A stretch of 28,906 nt of DNA from an uncultured archaeon (GCA_964631415.1 CAZVZC010000028.1:1-28906); one strand, 5' to 3'. Numbered from the stretch's first letter, positions 9,564-18,923 are shown. Notes: generated from the letters alone by a model not told the origin. Made by a program: numbers and translations.

Positions 9564-11399
9564 GTGAGGTTCCTGGGTAAGATTGAAAGGAATCAGCAGG
9601 CACTTGTCCTCTGTCTTGTGCTGATATGTGGCTCTGCCTTGGTTGCGCACTTCGTGCAGAATGACTTTGGCAGAATCGACATCGATGTTGTCACTATCGT
9701 TGACGAATCAGGCTTGTCGGTGACTGGCAAGCTCTATCGTCCTGTGATTGCCACCCAAGACAATCCTGTGCCTGGGGTTCTCCTTCTTCATGGCATGAAC
9801 AATGACAAGGATACTGAGGGACCAGCTGCTCTCGAGCTATCACGACGAGGAATAGTGTCTCTTGCTCTCGACGAGCTGAGTCATGGTGACTCTGATCCGA
9901 TTGACAACCCCCTTGGATTTCTGCTTCCAGGGTCTGTCTACACCTTGGGTGCGAACGCATCCTATCATTACTTGAGAAGCCTGCCTTTCGTTGATGCAGC
10001 CAGAACAGGGCTTGTTGGGCATTCTATGGGCGCCGGTGTTGCCAGAACTGTGGCTCGCACCAACCCAGACCATCGTGCGATTGTGATTCAGGCCGGTGGC
10101 CCAGACAATCTCACAACGCATAGCTACATGAACAACTACCTCAATGTGTGGGCATTCTATGAGGAGCTGTTTACCACCGCACCAAGAGCGACATTCTACG
10201 ACACGAGTATGAAAACGATCGAGTACAATGAGGGTCTGGCCGCGGGGCTTGGACAGTACGACCATACTTACGGTAGCTTCTCGGATGGTTCAGCTCGCAG
10301 GTACGCTCTGTGTCCGTGTACTCACCCTGGTTCAACTTGGAATGCCAAGGGGATATCCGAGACCTGTGCTTGGATGCTTGAGGCATTGTCAGGGCTTTCT
10401 GAGTCTGAGGCATGGGCTGAGTCGCAGACTTCCACTCAGACATACATGGTTCGAGAAGGCGCGACGCTCTTCGCTTTGATTGTATCTGTTCTGTCACTCA
10501 TCCCACTCGCCAGCATCCTGTTGAAGCAGCCCTACTTCCAAATCGTGGCCAAGCCACTTCCAACGAAGGTGCCGCTTAGTAAGAAGGCATGGTGGAAATA
10601 CGCCTCAGTCAACACGCTGATAGGGGGCGTCACCTTCCTCTTCGTACCCATGTTGGGCCTTCTGATAGGAGCGGTGATAGGAACAGTCATTCCTATCTTC
10701 TTGTTGGCGACAGCTAACGGATCGGTTCTGTGGCTCCTAGTCAATGCATTGGTTGCATGGCTGTTCTTCAGACGATGGTTCAGGAATGCAAGCGCTCAAG
10801 ATGGCCTAACTCACGCCGATGTCGGTCGATTCGCAAGCCTGAAAGACTCTGAGAGCCGCGAGGTCCTCATCAGGACCGTGCTCCTAGCGACAGTGCTCTT
10901 CGGATACCTGTACGCGATTGTGACCCTGTCAGTATCATACCTCGGAGTCGAGTTCCGCTATATGTGGCCCGTGTTCAAGATGTTCACACCACTCAGGTTT
11001 GAGCAATTCCTGCTATACTTGGTCCCAGCCTTGGTGTTCTTCATGATTAATGGAGGTGTACTTCTCTTTGGGATGTTGCGGCAGAAGGAGCTCAGCTCTC
11101 CATACAGGACACAGATCGTCTGGTGGCTCAAGGGGGTCTTTGCGATGGAGTTCGGACTGCTTGCTGCAATTCTGATCCAGTATGTGCCGATGTTCCTCCT
11201 AGGCACCGGTCCTGTCTTGGCGTTCGGAGGTATCTTCGGTCTCTATGGCGTCTTCCTCATGCAGATACTGCCGTGGTTTGGTGGAATGTTCTTCCTCGCG
11301 ACGGCTTTCTATCTGAAGACAGGGAGGATCTATCTCGGAAGCATCACGGTGACCATACTCAGCGTGTGGCTTATGGCAGTCAGTTCAATGCTGATATAG
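9564..11399 (+). CDS. Membrane-embedded alpha/beta hydrolase (N-terminal anchor, esterase domain, ~8 C-terminal TM helices)
   Basis: LLLHG oxyanion motif, GHSMG nucleophile elbow, candidate catalytic His in THPGS; long hydrophobic C-terminal half. Confidence 0.85.
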   Translation: MRFLGKIERNQQALVLCLVLICGSALVAHFVQNDFGRIDIDVVTIVDESGLSVTGKLYRPVIATQDNPVPGVLLLHGMNNDKDTEGPAALELSRRGIVSLALDELSHGDSDPIDNPLGFLLPGSVYTLGANASYHYLRSLPFVDAARTGLVGHSMGAGVARTVARTNPDHRAIVIQAGGPDNLTTHSYMNNYLNVWAFYEELFTTAPRATFYDTSMKTIEYNEGLAAGLGQYDHTYGSFSDGSARRYALCPCTHPGSTWNAKGISETCAWMLEALSGLSESEAWAESQTSTQTYMVREGATLFALIVSVLSLIPLASILLKQPYFQIVAKPLPTKVPLSKKAWWKYASVNTLIGGVTFLFVPMLGLLIGAVIGTVIPIFLLATANGSVLWLLVNALVAWLFFRRWFRNASAQDGLTHADVGRFASLKDSESREVLIRTVLLATVLFGYLYAIVTLSVSYLGVEFRYMWPVFKMFTPLRFEQFLLYLVPALVFFMINGGVLLFGMLRQKELSSPYRTQIVWWLKGVFAMEFGLLAAILIQYVPMFLLGTGPVLAFGGIFGLYGVFLMQILPWFGGMFFLATAFYLKTGRIYLGSITVTILSVWLMAVSSMLI

Positions 11400-11424
11400 C
11401 ATTTCGTGACGAACTGTCAGGCAG

Positions 11425-13149
11425 CTACAGGGCGAGAACCTGCCGTGTTGCTGCTGTTCTCGCCCGATGTCTAGAGAAGAGAACGGCCAGAACTAGGGTT
11501 CCCCCAGCAGCGACAGTGATTCCTGACGCGATTAGCAGGGCACCATCTGTTGATAGAGTGTGGGCCGAGATGATGAGTCGAGTGTACCCGGTGTAGTTGT
11601 TGCCCACCCTAATTGTGCAATTGGCCACAGAGAGGTCAACAGGCGACTGGAAGCTGCCCTGCATCGGCGTAGTTGTGTGTGGTGATGATACGGACAAGGA
11701 GCAGAGATGCGTTCCATCCATGGCAATCACTTCTATCTCCTCGGTGCTTCCAAGACGCGGGCTCAGGCACTCAACTCCCAAGTTGGCGGTCACCGTGGCG
11801 CCCTGATTTGTATCACCGGTGGCAGATGTGGCTACAATCGAGATTCTCGGCGTCATCTCAAGGAGGTAGTCAAAAGCTGGCATGATGTCGGTCCAGAGGT
11901 TCTCGATAGACTCAGCCACAGGGTCGAAATAGCCGAATATGTCGTGCCACTCCTCTATGTAGTGCGTCGAGTTGTCAACGATGAGTGTGAATGCCTCGTC
12001 CCTGTCCACAGCTGTGTTGTGGTAGAGCTCGAACGTGATTGGCACCTTGGTCCCCCTGTCAGCGTACATCCAGTCCTCCCACATTCCGCATCCTGTTTCA
12101 ATCATCGGCTTCTGAGTACGTGCAGATGCGAGAAACGAGCTCGACCGACCTTGATCACTGTAGAACGCCGGCGGGAGTATGCCGGTCAAGTCTTGAAGTA
12201 CCGAATAGTATAGTGCTGGCTCGGTGTATGCGCCATACGAGGTCAGGGGGAAGTATGTAGCGTTGGTTCCAGAGTGCAAAGTGTAGCCTATGGAAAACCT
12301 GTGCTGCAGGGCGAAGTCACGAAACGCTTGCGTCTCTGGCTCTGAGAAAGCATATGCTCCATGGTAAACTTGGCTCCAGGGGTCAGAAGACGACCCGGGT
12401 TCAGAACCCCAAGCCCTTGCGTAGTTCCGGTTCAAATCAACGAGGCCAATCTCGTCACAATTGATGCGTCCATCGTCATCGTCGTCGATGCCCTCGAAGT
12501 AGGAGTAAAGGTATGTGAGCACACTACCTCCATCGCTCTTTGCATACACATCGTAGGAGGAGATGAGTCCGTCACCGTTGGCGTCGTCTGCAGGGTCCTC
12601 ATCGAGAAGCCCGTCCCCATCATTGTCGTAGGGGCGAAGGTTCTTCCTGAGCCAGTAGTCATTGAGATTGACCACTCTCTCAAGTGCATCCGGGTTCATA
12701 GAGGGGATGATGTAGATCTCCTCTGTGTCAACGTACTGTGTAATCTCCTCATCAAGGCCGTAGCTGTCTAGCAAGCGTAATGCGAATCTGAGAGCCATTT
12801 CAACAGTGATTTGCTCACGGCCGTGATGTTGCGCAAGAATCAGCGTCTTCGCCTTCTGTTCTTCATTCAGCTCGTTTGTGATTCGCAGACACGTGATGTT
12901 GCGCCCCTCGTAGCTTTGGCCAATCACCCATGTGTCAACAAGACTTGGAGCGAGCGTTTCGAAACGTTGAATCTCCGCCTGCAGCTGCGATGGGGAGTGA
13001 TATTGGTCCTCATACAGAAGAGAGAAGTCCGCCCAAGTACGATTGACACTTGGCGTTTCGACCAGAGCTATGCTGAAACCCGAGTTACCAAGTGCTGGAG
13101 TGACGCCTTGGAACAAAGAAGCGAACAGGACCACCAACATTAGTGTCAA
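11425..13149 (-). CDS. Secreted, C-terminally membrane-anchored M14 zinc carboxypeptidase
   Basis: HHGRE Zn ligands, RKN, VDLNRNY, TLHSG, TFELY; DxDGDG Ca-binding-like inserts; N-terminal signal and C-terminal TM; true start may be 13176. Confidence 0.9.
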   Translation of the reverse strand: MTLMLVVLFASLFQGVTPALGNSGFSIALVETPSVNRTWADFSLLYEDQYHSPSQLQAEIQRFETLAPSLVDTWVIGQSYEGRNITCLRITNELNEEQKAKTLILAQHHGREQITVEMALRFALRLLDSYGLDEEITQYVDTEEIYIIPSMNPDALERVVNLNDYWLRKNLRPYDNDGDGLLDEDPADDANGDGLISSYDVYAKSDGGSVLTYLYSYFEGIDDDDDGRINCDEIGLVDLNRNYARAWGSEPGSSSDPWSQVYHGAYAFSEPETQAFRDFALQHRFSIGYTLHSGTNATYFPLTSYGAYTEPALYYSVLQDLTGILPPAFYSDQGRSSSFLASARTQKPMIETGCGMWEDWMYADRGTKVPITFELYHNTAVDRDEAFTLIVDNSTHYIEEWHDIFGYFDPVAESIENLWTDIMPAFDYLLEMTPRISIVATSATGDTNQGATVTANLGVECLSPRLGSTEEIEVIAMDGTHLCSLSVSSPHTTTPMQGSFQSPVDLSVANCTIRVGNNYTGYTRLIISAHTLSTDGALLIASGITVAAGGTLVLAVLFSRHRARTAATRQVLAL

Positions 13150-13484
13150 TGAAACTCTGTACTGATATTCTCTGATTGTGTTTCACCTCACGCTACCATC
13201 ATCTGTCGGGTTCTCACAATTCACGCTGGAACCGGTTGGAACGCATAGTCGTCGATTCTGAACACAGAAACTCGGGGAACCATGATAATACCGTTACTGA
13301 CGACGCAATTAGCCAGTTTGATTGTTATGTGAAGAAGCTGTTCGGCAACCCACTCGCAGTCAAATGTGGTCCAACTTTCACAGGCGGGATGGTTCTCAGG
13401 TGCACAGGATTTAATAGACATACGAAGCCCGAGTTGTTGAAGGAGTTTCAGAAATGAGCTCTGAAGCACAGTGAGATGATAGGT

Positions 13485-13886
13485 ATGAAGGGCTACTTCA
13501 CCGCTATTGAGAAAGACACTCGCAAGAACATCGATTATCGCCGCGTGTTGTACACAGGGAAACACAGCCAACTGGTGCTCATGAGTCTCAAGCCATTGGA
13601 AGAGATAGGTGAGGAAGTACACACCGACGTAGACCAGTTCTTTCGGTTCGAAGCAGGGGAAGGAAAGGTCATCATAGACGGCGCTGAGCATCGTGTCAGG
13701 GATGGAGATGTCGCTATCATTCCGTCCGGTGCCAAGCACAATGTAATCAACACCTCCAAGCAATCGGAACTGAAACTGTACACGATCTACTCGCCACCTG
13801 AGCATCAGGACAAGGTGGTGCGCAAGACCAAAGCGGAAGCCATCGCTAGTCCAGAGGAATATGACGGCAAACCGACCGAGAAGTGA
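13485..13886 (+). CDS. Cupin domain protein
   Basis: YRRVLYTGKHSQLVLMSL..EEIGEEVH..DQFFRFEAGEG..IPSGAKHNVIN..LKLYTIYSPPEH. Confidence 0.9.
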   Translation: MKGYFTAIEKDTRKNIDYRRVLYTGKHSQLVLMSLKPLEEIGEEVHTDVDQFFRFEAGEGKVIIDGAEHRVRDGDVAIIPSGAKHNVINTSKQSELKLYTIYSPPEHQDKVVRKTKAEAIASPEEYDGKPTEK

Positions 13887-14006
13887 AGCTTCCAGCCCGC
13901 AGGGCTGCCATCATGGGACGATCTAAGGAGCGTTGTTCGGGCTCCGAACCTCAGCATCCTCGGATGAAGCATTGGCCCACACGTATTGGTCGAACCTAGT
14001 GGAATC

Positions 14007-16373
14007 TCAGCAAGACCTCTGGAACCTGCCGATGACATCATTCTGAACATCTTGACTCAGGTCTACAAAGCAAGCACTGTATCCAGCCACCCTCACCAGC
14101 AGATTCCGATATTCACTGGGGTTTGTTTGAGCGTCACGGAGAATCTGAGGGTCCATCATATTGAACTGAATGTGCATGCCTCCAAGCTCTACGTAGGACC
14201 TCAGCAGATTCACGAGGGAATCAAGGCCTTGTCCTCCAGAAACGAAGCCAGGTTCCAGCGAGAGTGTGAAAGCAACTCCGTTCGCATACGTTGCGTAGTC
14301 GATACCTGCAACAGAGCTAAGGGCCGCCGTCAACCCCTTCGAGGGGGCTCCAATTGCGGGAGAACATCCGTTGCTCAAGGGCGCGGTCGCTAGTCGTCCG
14401 CTGGGCAATGCACCAGTGAAGTATCCAAATGGTACGTGACTGGTGACTGAATACATGCCCGCAATGAATGATCCACCCCGGATGTTCTTGTGCTTCTCTA
14501 CCTCCTCACTGTAGATGCGTGCAACAAGCTGAGCGTATTTGTCTGCCAACTTGTCGTCATTGCCGTATTTCGGACCCTTGTTCAAAAGGAGCTGCCTGAG
14601 TGCTTCTTTTCCCTCAAACCCATGTCTTAGTGCATCCAACAGTTCTGGCATGCTTACTCTCTTCTGTGCGAAGACCAATCGGTCCATTGCGGCGAGAGAG
14701 TCTGCCACATCTGCCATTCCAACACCTTGGACCCCGGTGAAGTTGTACCTCGCAGAGCCTGTCGTTATGTCTCGGCCCGCCTCAAAGCAGTCTTCTACGC
14801 AAAGTGACAGCAACGGCGACGGCATCAGCTCCATGTTTGCGGTCTCAAAGCTGTTGGAGCCCTCGGCCATAAGTCCGACAAGGTAGGACACTTGTTTGCG
14901 GAACGCTTCAACAATCTCATCCATCGACTGGAATCTCGATGGGTCACCAGTTTCGACACCAAACTTCGTTCCTAATTGGACACTCTCGCCGTTGTTGAGG
15001 GCCAGCTCAAGGCACATCGCCAGATTGAACAGCGCTGCATCCGACGAAGTAAAGCTGGTCCCAAAAGGAGCCAGCTCAACACATCCGACAGTCGAGTAGT
15101 CCCTAGATTCCTCCAGACTTACTCTCTGTCTCTGCCATGACCCGACGATTACGTCGTCATTGAACATGGCGATGTTGTTCGCTCCGGATGCCACAGTTGA
15201 TGCGATTTCTTTCAACAGTCGTGGCGGACTCTTCCTATGGATTCTGACGTGCACGTTCGGTATTGGCAATGCTGCATTCTTGGTCGCTTCAAGTATTACA
15301 TAGGTCATCTCGTTTGTCGAGTCAAGCCCGTCTTTGTTGATACCTCCGATAGTCACTGCTTGAGTAGTCAAGAGGCCCTCAAAATACATACCAGCAACGC
15401 TGTCAAAGATTGGGACCAGATCGTTTGTCTTTATCCAGAGCATCTCTACAAGCTCTACTGCTTTCTCGTGATCCATCGTGCCTGACTTGACGTCTATTTC
15501 GTAGAATGGCTGAAGGTACTGGTCCATTCGTCCCATTGAAACAGCTTGGCCATCATACGCTTCTATGCTCAGGGCGAGATGAGTGAATCGAACAAACTGA
15601 ATAGCTTCGTGGAGGTTCCTTGGAGGTTTCGCTGGGACTCGTCGACATGCTTCAGCTATTGTTTCGAGTTCCTTCCTTCTCTCGACATTCTTCTCTCCTC
15701 GTGCCATGATTGTTGCCTTTTCGGCATAGCGTGTGGCGAACTTGACGACTGCCCGCGCGACTATCTCGGCAGCCTTGTAGAATTGCACCTTGGCGACAGA
15801 GGCAGGATCGGATCTATCAGCATATTCGCGGACCCGTTCCTCCGCGGTCGTCCCAATCTTGTCAAAGCCAACTGAGAAGAGCATTGGATAATTGATGCTC
15901 AAGTGACCGAATCCAGCCACCTCAGTGAGTACGAATACCGAACCAGTGTACAGAATGTCCATTATGTTCTTGGGAGTGTTGTGCTCGGCATGAGCCAGCA
16001 TCGATCTGTCGGTCCAGTATGATTCGATCTGCCCGCGAAGGATTTGGATGTCGTCGTCTGAAACCGCAACCGACCGGCGATCTCGTTTCTTCAGTTCTTC
16101 AAGCTCTGGAAGTATTCTCGCGCCGTGTGCTTCGGGATAGATGACGGCTCCTCGAGGTTTGTCCGATGAAACGCCCACGATAAGCTCATCTGGGAGTATC
16201 TGAACTGGCATGCCTTCCAACACGTGAGCAAGAGCCTTTGCCTGCCGAATCACTCTCGGCTCTTCTTCGGTCTGTTTCAGGGATTCGGTGTACAGCCGTA
16301 TCCGGTCCATGCACAAGCTGGTTGTTGAATCCAGCATGTTCCTCCGCAGGTTCTGTGTTCTGGTACCTGTCAT
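14007..16373 (-). CDS. Glycyl radical enzyme, single-Cys (PFL2/eliminase-like) class
   Basis: C-terminal LLVRVAGYS glycyl-radical loop, GCVE Cys loop, PKYGNDD and SMGRMDQYL motifs. Confidence 0.92.
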   Translation of the reverse strand: MTGTRTQNLRRNMLDSTTSLCMDRIRLYTESLKQTEEEPRVIRQAKALAHVLEGMPVQILPDELIVGVSSDKPRGAVIYPEAHGARILPELEELKKRDRRSVAVSDDDIQILRGQIESYWTDRSMLAHAEHNTPKNIMDILYTGSVFVLTEVAGFGHLSINYPMLFSVGFDKIGTTAEERVREYADRSDPASVAKVQFYKAAEIVARAVVKFATRYAEKATIMARGEKNVERRKELETIAEACRRVPAKPPRNLHEAIQFVRFTHLALSIEAYDGQAVSMGRMDQYLQPFYEIDVKSGTMDHEKAVELVEMLWIKTNDLVPIFDSVAGMYFEGLLTTQAVTIGGINKDGLDSTNEMTYVILEATKNAALPIPNVHVRIHRKSPPRLLKEIASTVASGANNIAMFNDDVIVGSWQRQRVSLEESRDYSTVGCVELAPFGTSFTSSDAALFNLAMCLELALNNGESVQLGTKFGVETGDPSRFQSMDEIVEAFRKQVSYLVGLMAEGSNSFETANMELMPSPLLSLCVEDCFEAGRDITTGSARYNFTGVQGVGMADVADSLAAMDRLVFAQKRVSMPELLDALRHGFEGKEALRQLLLNKGPKYGNDDKLADKYAQLVARIYSEEVEKHKNIRGGSFIAGMYSVTSHVPFGYFTGALPSGRLATAPLSNGCSPAIGAPSKGLTAALSSVAGIDYATYANGVAFTLSLEPGFVSGGQGLDSLVNLLRSYVELGGMHIQFNMMDPQILRDAQTNPSEYRNLLVRVAGYSACFVDLSQDVQNDVIGRFQRSC

Positions 16374-16467
16374 CGACGAGTCTCCAGAGGGTTGCTTCTT
16401 CTCAGTCTATTAAGTGATGCGAATCCAATTGCCCCTGTCAGCAGAGTTAGCAGACCGCCTTCTCATT

Positions 16468-16495
16468 CTTACTATGCTTACCACGTCATAGTAAG
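16468..16495. promoter_or_regulatory. 9-bp perfect inverted repeat (CTTACTATG-N10-CATAGTAAG), candidate operator
   Basis: Lies in the divergent spacer between the GRE and methyltransferase genes. Confidence 0.4.
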
Positions 16496-16589
16496 GCACC
16501 AGAGGACGAGTCGACGATGGCGAACAGAATAGTTGAAATAGAAACACCGCTCAAACGCAGAGGCATCCAAGAATGTCCGGTGTCCCTCC

Positions 16590-17390
16590 TTGTCGAAGGC
16601 AACAGTAGAATCCTTTGAGTACCAATGGAAGAACCTTCCTGAGGGAGATTTCCTCCTCTCCGACGAGAGGTGGCGCAAGAACGTGGACAGCTACATTCTT
16701 GATGAGCTGCAAATGACGCGGGAACGCATTCGAGGCATGAAGGTGCTAGACGCCGGCTGTGGTCAAGGGCGGTGGGCGCTGGGCTTCGAGAAACTCGGTT
16801 GCAGGGTCTATGGAATCGACATAACACAAAGTGGTGTCCAGTCCGCTCGGAGGAACGTCAAGGGCAAATTCGAGGTCGGCAGCGTGCTGGACAAGAACCG
16901 CCTTGATGCACTCTACGGCGCAGAACGCTTCGACCTTGTCTGGTGCTGGGGCGTTCTCCATCACACGCCCGACCCCAAGAAGGGGTTTGACAATCTGACT
17001 ACGCTCCTGGCACCAAAGGGCATGATTCACATCTACGTTTATGGAATCAAAGGACCCGTCAGCCGGTTTTGGAGATGGGTCTTTGGAAGGTTCGGGCTAG
17101 CCAACAAGGAACGACTAGCTAGAACCATCAGCAGAATCGGCCTTTGGCTACAGAGGACTTTCAGCAAGAAGAGCCCACCAGCCGTCGGAAGACTGCTCCG
17201 CAGGCTGTTCCCAGCGTACACGCCACATACGATCTTCGATGCCTTCAGTCCACGAATCGCCAGCGAACATACCCGGCGCGAAGTCGGAGGATGGTTCCAG
17301 TCCAACGGATTAGAAGTGGTTTTTCACCGTCCCTCGTGGGGCGGCTCCAAAACAAGCACTGATATCTGGGCGACAGGATGGAAGAAGTGA
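16590..17390 (+). CDS. Class I SAM-dependent methyltransferase, same subfamily as 1584..2246
   Basis: VLDAGCGQGRW, FDLVWCWGVLHHTPDP, LAPKGMIHIYVY, FDAFSP. Confidence 0.9.
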   Translation: MSKATVESFEYQWKNLPEGDFLLSDERWRKNVDSYILDELQMTRERIRGMKVLDAGCGQGRWALGFEKLGCRVYGIDITQSGVQSARRNVKGKFEVGSVLDKNRLDALYGAERFDLVWCWGVLHHTPDPKKGFDNLTTLLAPKGMIHIYVYGIKGPVSRFWRWVFGRFGLANKERLARTISRIGLWLQRTFSKKSPPAVGRLLRRLFPAYTPHTIFDAFSPRIASEHTRREVGGWFQSNGLEVVFHRPSWGGSKTSTDIWATGWKK

Positions 17391-17416
17391 CCGAACGCAA
17401 TGAGCCCAGGTGTTGG

Positions 17417-17602
17417 CTACTTCTGAGTCACGAAGTAGAGACGCCGGCCGTTGGGGTCTGAGGGGCTGCGTTCCTGCAGTTTCTCTCAGCAGGCGCGTTC
17501 CCGTAGCTGAGCGTCGCTGAGGCACGTTCTGAGTTCTTCTGGCGTGTAGCCGCGCTCCTGATATACCTCTTCCACCCGGCTCCAGTGGTCCTTCTCTTTG
17601 TC
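17417..17602 (-). pseudogene. C-terminal remnant of a SAM methyltransferase with an internal stop
   Basis: Frame not in the ORF track reads DKEKDHWSRVEEVYQERGYTPEELRTCLSDAQLRERAC*EKLQERSPSDPNGRRLYFVTQK*, like the E-x-H-x-ER-x-Y...RxxFVxxK tail of methyltransferases; TGA at 17486-17488; no 5' part. Confidence 0.6.
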
Positions 17603-17934
17603 TCATAGAGGGGGTGGTATAATCTCAGGAGTCTGGAACGTTATGACTGATCTTCTGCTCAAATGGAGTCTACTCCCCGTCAAGTGATTATCACGGCCTC
17701 AAATTGACGCTATTGGTCATAGGGGCCTTTCAAGACCATCTCCGTAAATCGGAGCGTGCAGTTCGTCGATACGTTCGTGCTCATTTCCACCAGTCAGAAA
17801 ACGACGCAAGCCTGTCAAACCATAAGTGGACCATTGCTCTGCGCTAACCCCTGTTCCTTGCCCACGTCACCTTGACGTGAGTGTTCAGTCCCGAATACGC
17901 GGTTCATGGTTGCAGAGCTCATCATCCACAATCC

Positions 17935-18054
17935 AGAGTGCCAAACTCCTTGCACTAACATGATGCTTACGCAGCTATGAATGCCTATTCAACGGCTTTG
18001 AGCCCTAGACAAGCCCATAGCTAGGGCCCAGACTCGATACTGCTTCAGCTGCGA
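17935..18054 (+). repeat. Conserved 120-bp non-coding element, copy A
   Basis: Collinear match to 26650-26769; the 3' block matches at 37 of 43 alignment columns (manual alignment). Confidence 0.85.
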
Positions 18055-18070
18055 ATCGGAGCAATTAAAC

Positions 18071-18520
18071 TTGAATTCAGTGTTTGACGAAAGGCGCTCC
18101 GAACTGAGTGAAAGCGAGGGGCCTTCTGAGGGGCTCTTGTCATCAACCGAGATAGAAGCGGGGGAGGGGGACCACCCTGATAGTCAAGCTGACGACATCG
18201 AGGGCAGTCCTAGACAGGAGTCTATCGAAGCTGGCCGCGAATTAGAGCATGAAGAGCCCCATTCTGACACACGCGAGGACTCTCCGAGCGAAACCGAGAT
18301 GCGTCGCGAGGAAACCGAATCTGAAGAACAGACAACGGGAGCAGAGGAGGACTGGATAGAAGATCAGGAGTCTGCTGTGTTGTCAGGTCCTGAAGTGCAG
18401 CGCCTAGAATCTCGTGAGTCTGAGGAGAGTGAGGAACGCAATGAGGAGCCGTCCAAGTCCGAGCGCATCACTTCACTCGCGCATCCGCCACCTTCAGTTT
18501 CAGTGCACTCGTCATTCTGA
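18071..18520 (+). CDS. Highly acidic low-complexity protein, probably a truncated N-terminal fragment
   Basis: About 46 of 149 residues are D/E; GGAG RBS before the TTG start; composition changes abruptly in the last ~17 codons. Confidence 0.6.
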   Translation: MNSVFDERRSELSESEGPSEGLLSSTEIEAGEGDHPDSQADDIEGSPRQESIEAGRELEHEEPHSDTREDSPSETEMRREETESEEQTTGAEEDWIEDQESAVLSGPEVQRLESRESEESEERNEEPSKSERITSLAHPPPSVSVHSSF

Positions 18521-18668
18521 GGTTCACATCAGTCAATTCGCTCTCGATACCCTGAACCCATTGTAGCTGGTTGTTCCTCGTCTATTGAAATGTCACGTCC
18601 GGCCCAGTCGGCGGCTGTGTATGCCTTTGAAACGAACATTCATATGGAACCTATGGCACCGTTGATTC

Positions 18669-18777
18669 GTAGTTGAGAGCTGAGTAGAAGCACCGCCTCT
18701 GATCAGAGGTGAGATGCTCCCATCGACTGCAGATGACTTCAGTCATATGCAGGCAATCCCACTCAGCTCTCTACTAC
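18669..18777. ncRNA. Candidate structured small RNA (cloverleaf-like multibranch fold)
   Basis: Closing stem GTAGTTGAGAGCTGAGT/ACTCAGCTCTCTACTAC (16 of 17 bp) enclosing three hairpins. Confidence 0.5.
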
Positions 18778-18840
18778 ACCAGCGGAATTCTGTCATATAT
18801 CGATTCCCAATGGGCCAGAATCAGGCTCTCGTCCGAAGAC

Positions 18841-18846
18841 TTATAT
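18841..18846 (+). promoter_or_regulatory. TATA box of the secreted-protein gene
   Basis: TTATAT preceded by purine-rich CGAAGAC (BRE-like), ~80 bp upstream of ATG 18924. Confidence 0.5.
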
Positions 18847-18923
18847 CCGCGTGAGGAGTTTCCGCACAGTGGGATGTGATGGGAGCATCTGCAGTGCATC
18901 TGTACTTGCAGGTAGATGAGAGA

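Noticed and set aside
14007-16373. Pyruvate formate-lyase (pflB)
   Set aside because: It lacks the adjacent Cys-Cys pair; the single-Cys GCVE loop indicates another GRE class.
17486-17488. Selenocysteine readthrough at the in-frame TGA
   Set aside because: The frame is a 5'-truncated methyltransferase tail; a nonsense mutation (e.g. TGG>TGA) is simpler, and no SECIS was recognised.
17671-17710. Possible IS terminal repeat (TACTCCCCGTCAA...)
   Set aside because: No partner end, target duplication or transposase was found in the window.
18669-18777. tRNA or 5S rRNA gene
   Set aside because: The closing stem is too long, there is no TTCGA T-loop or 7-nt anticodon loop, and I recognised no 5S conserved sequence.
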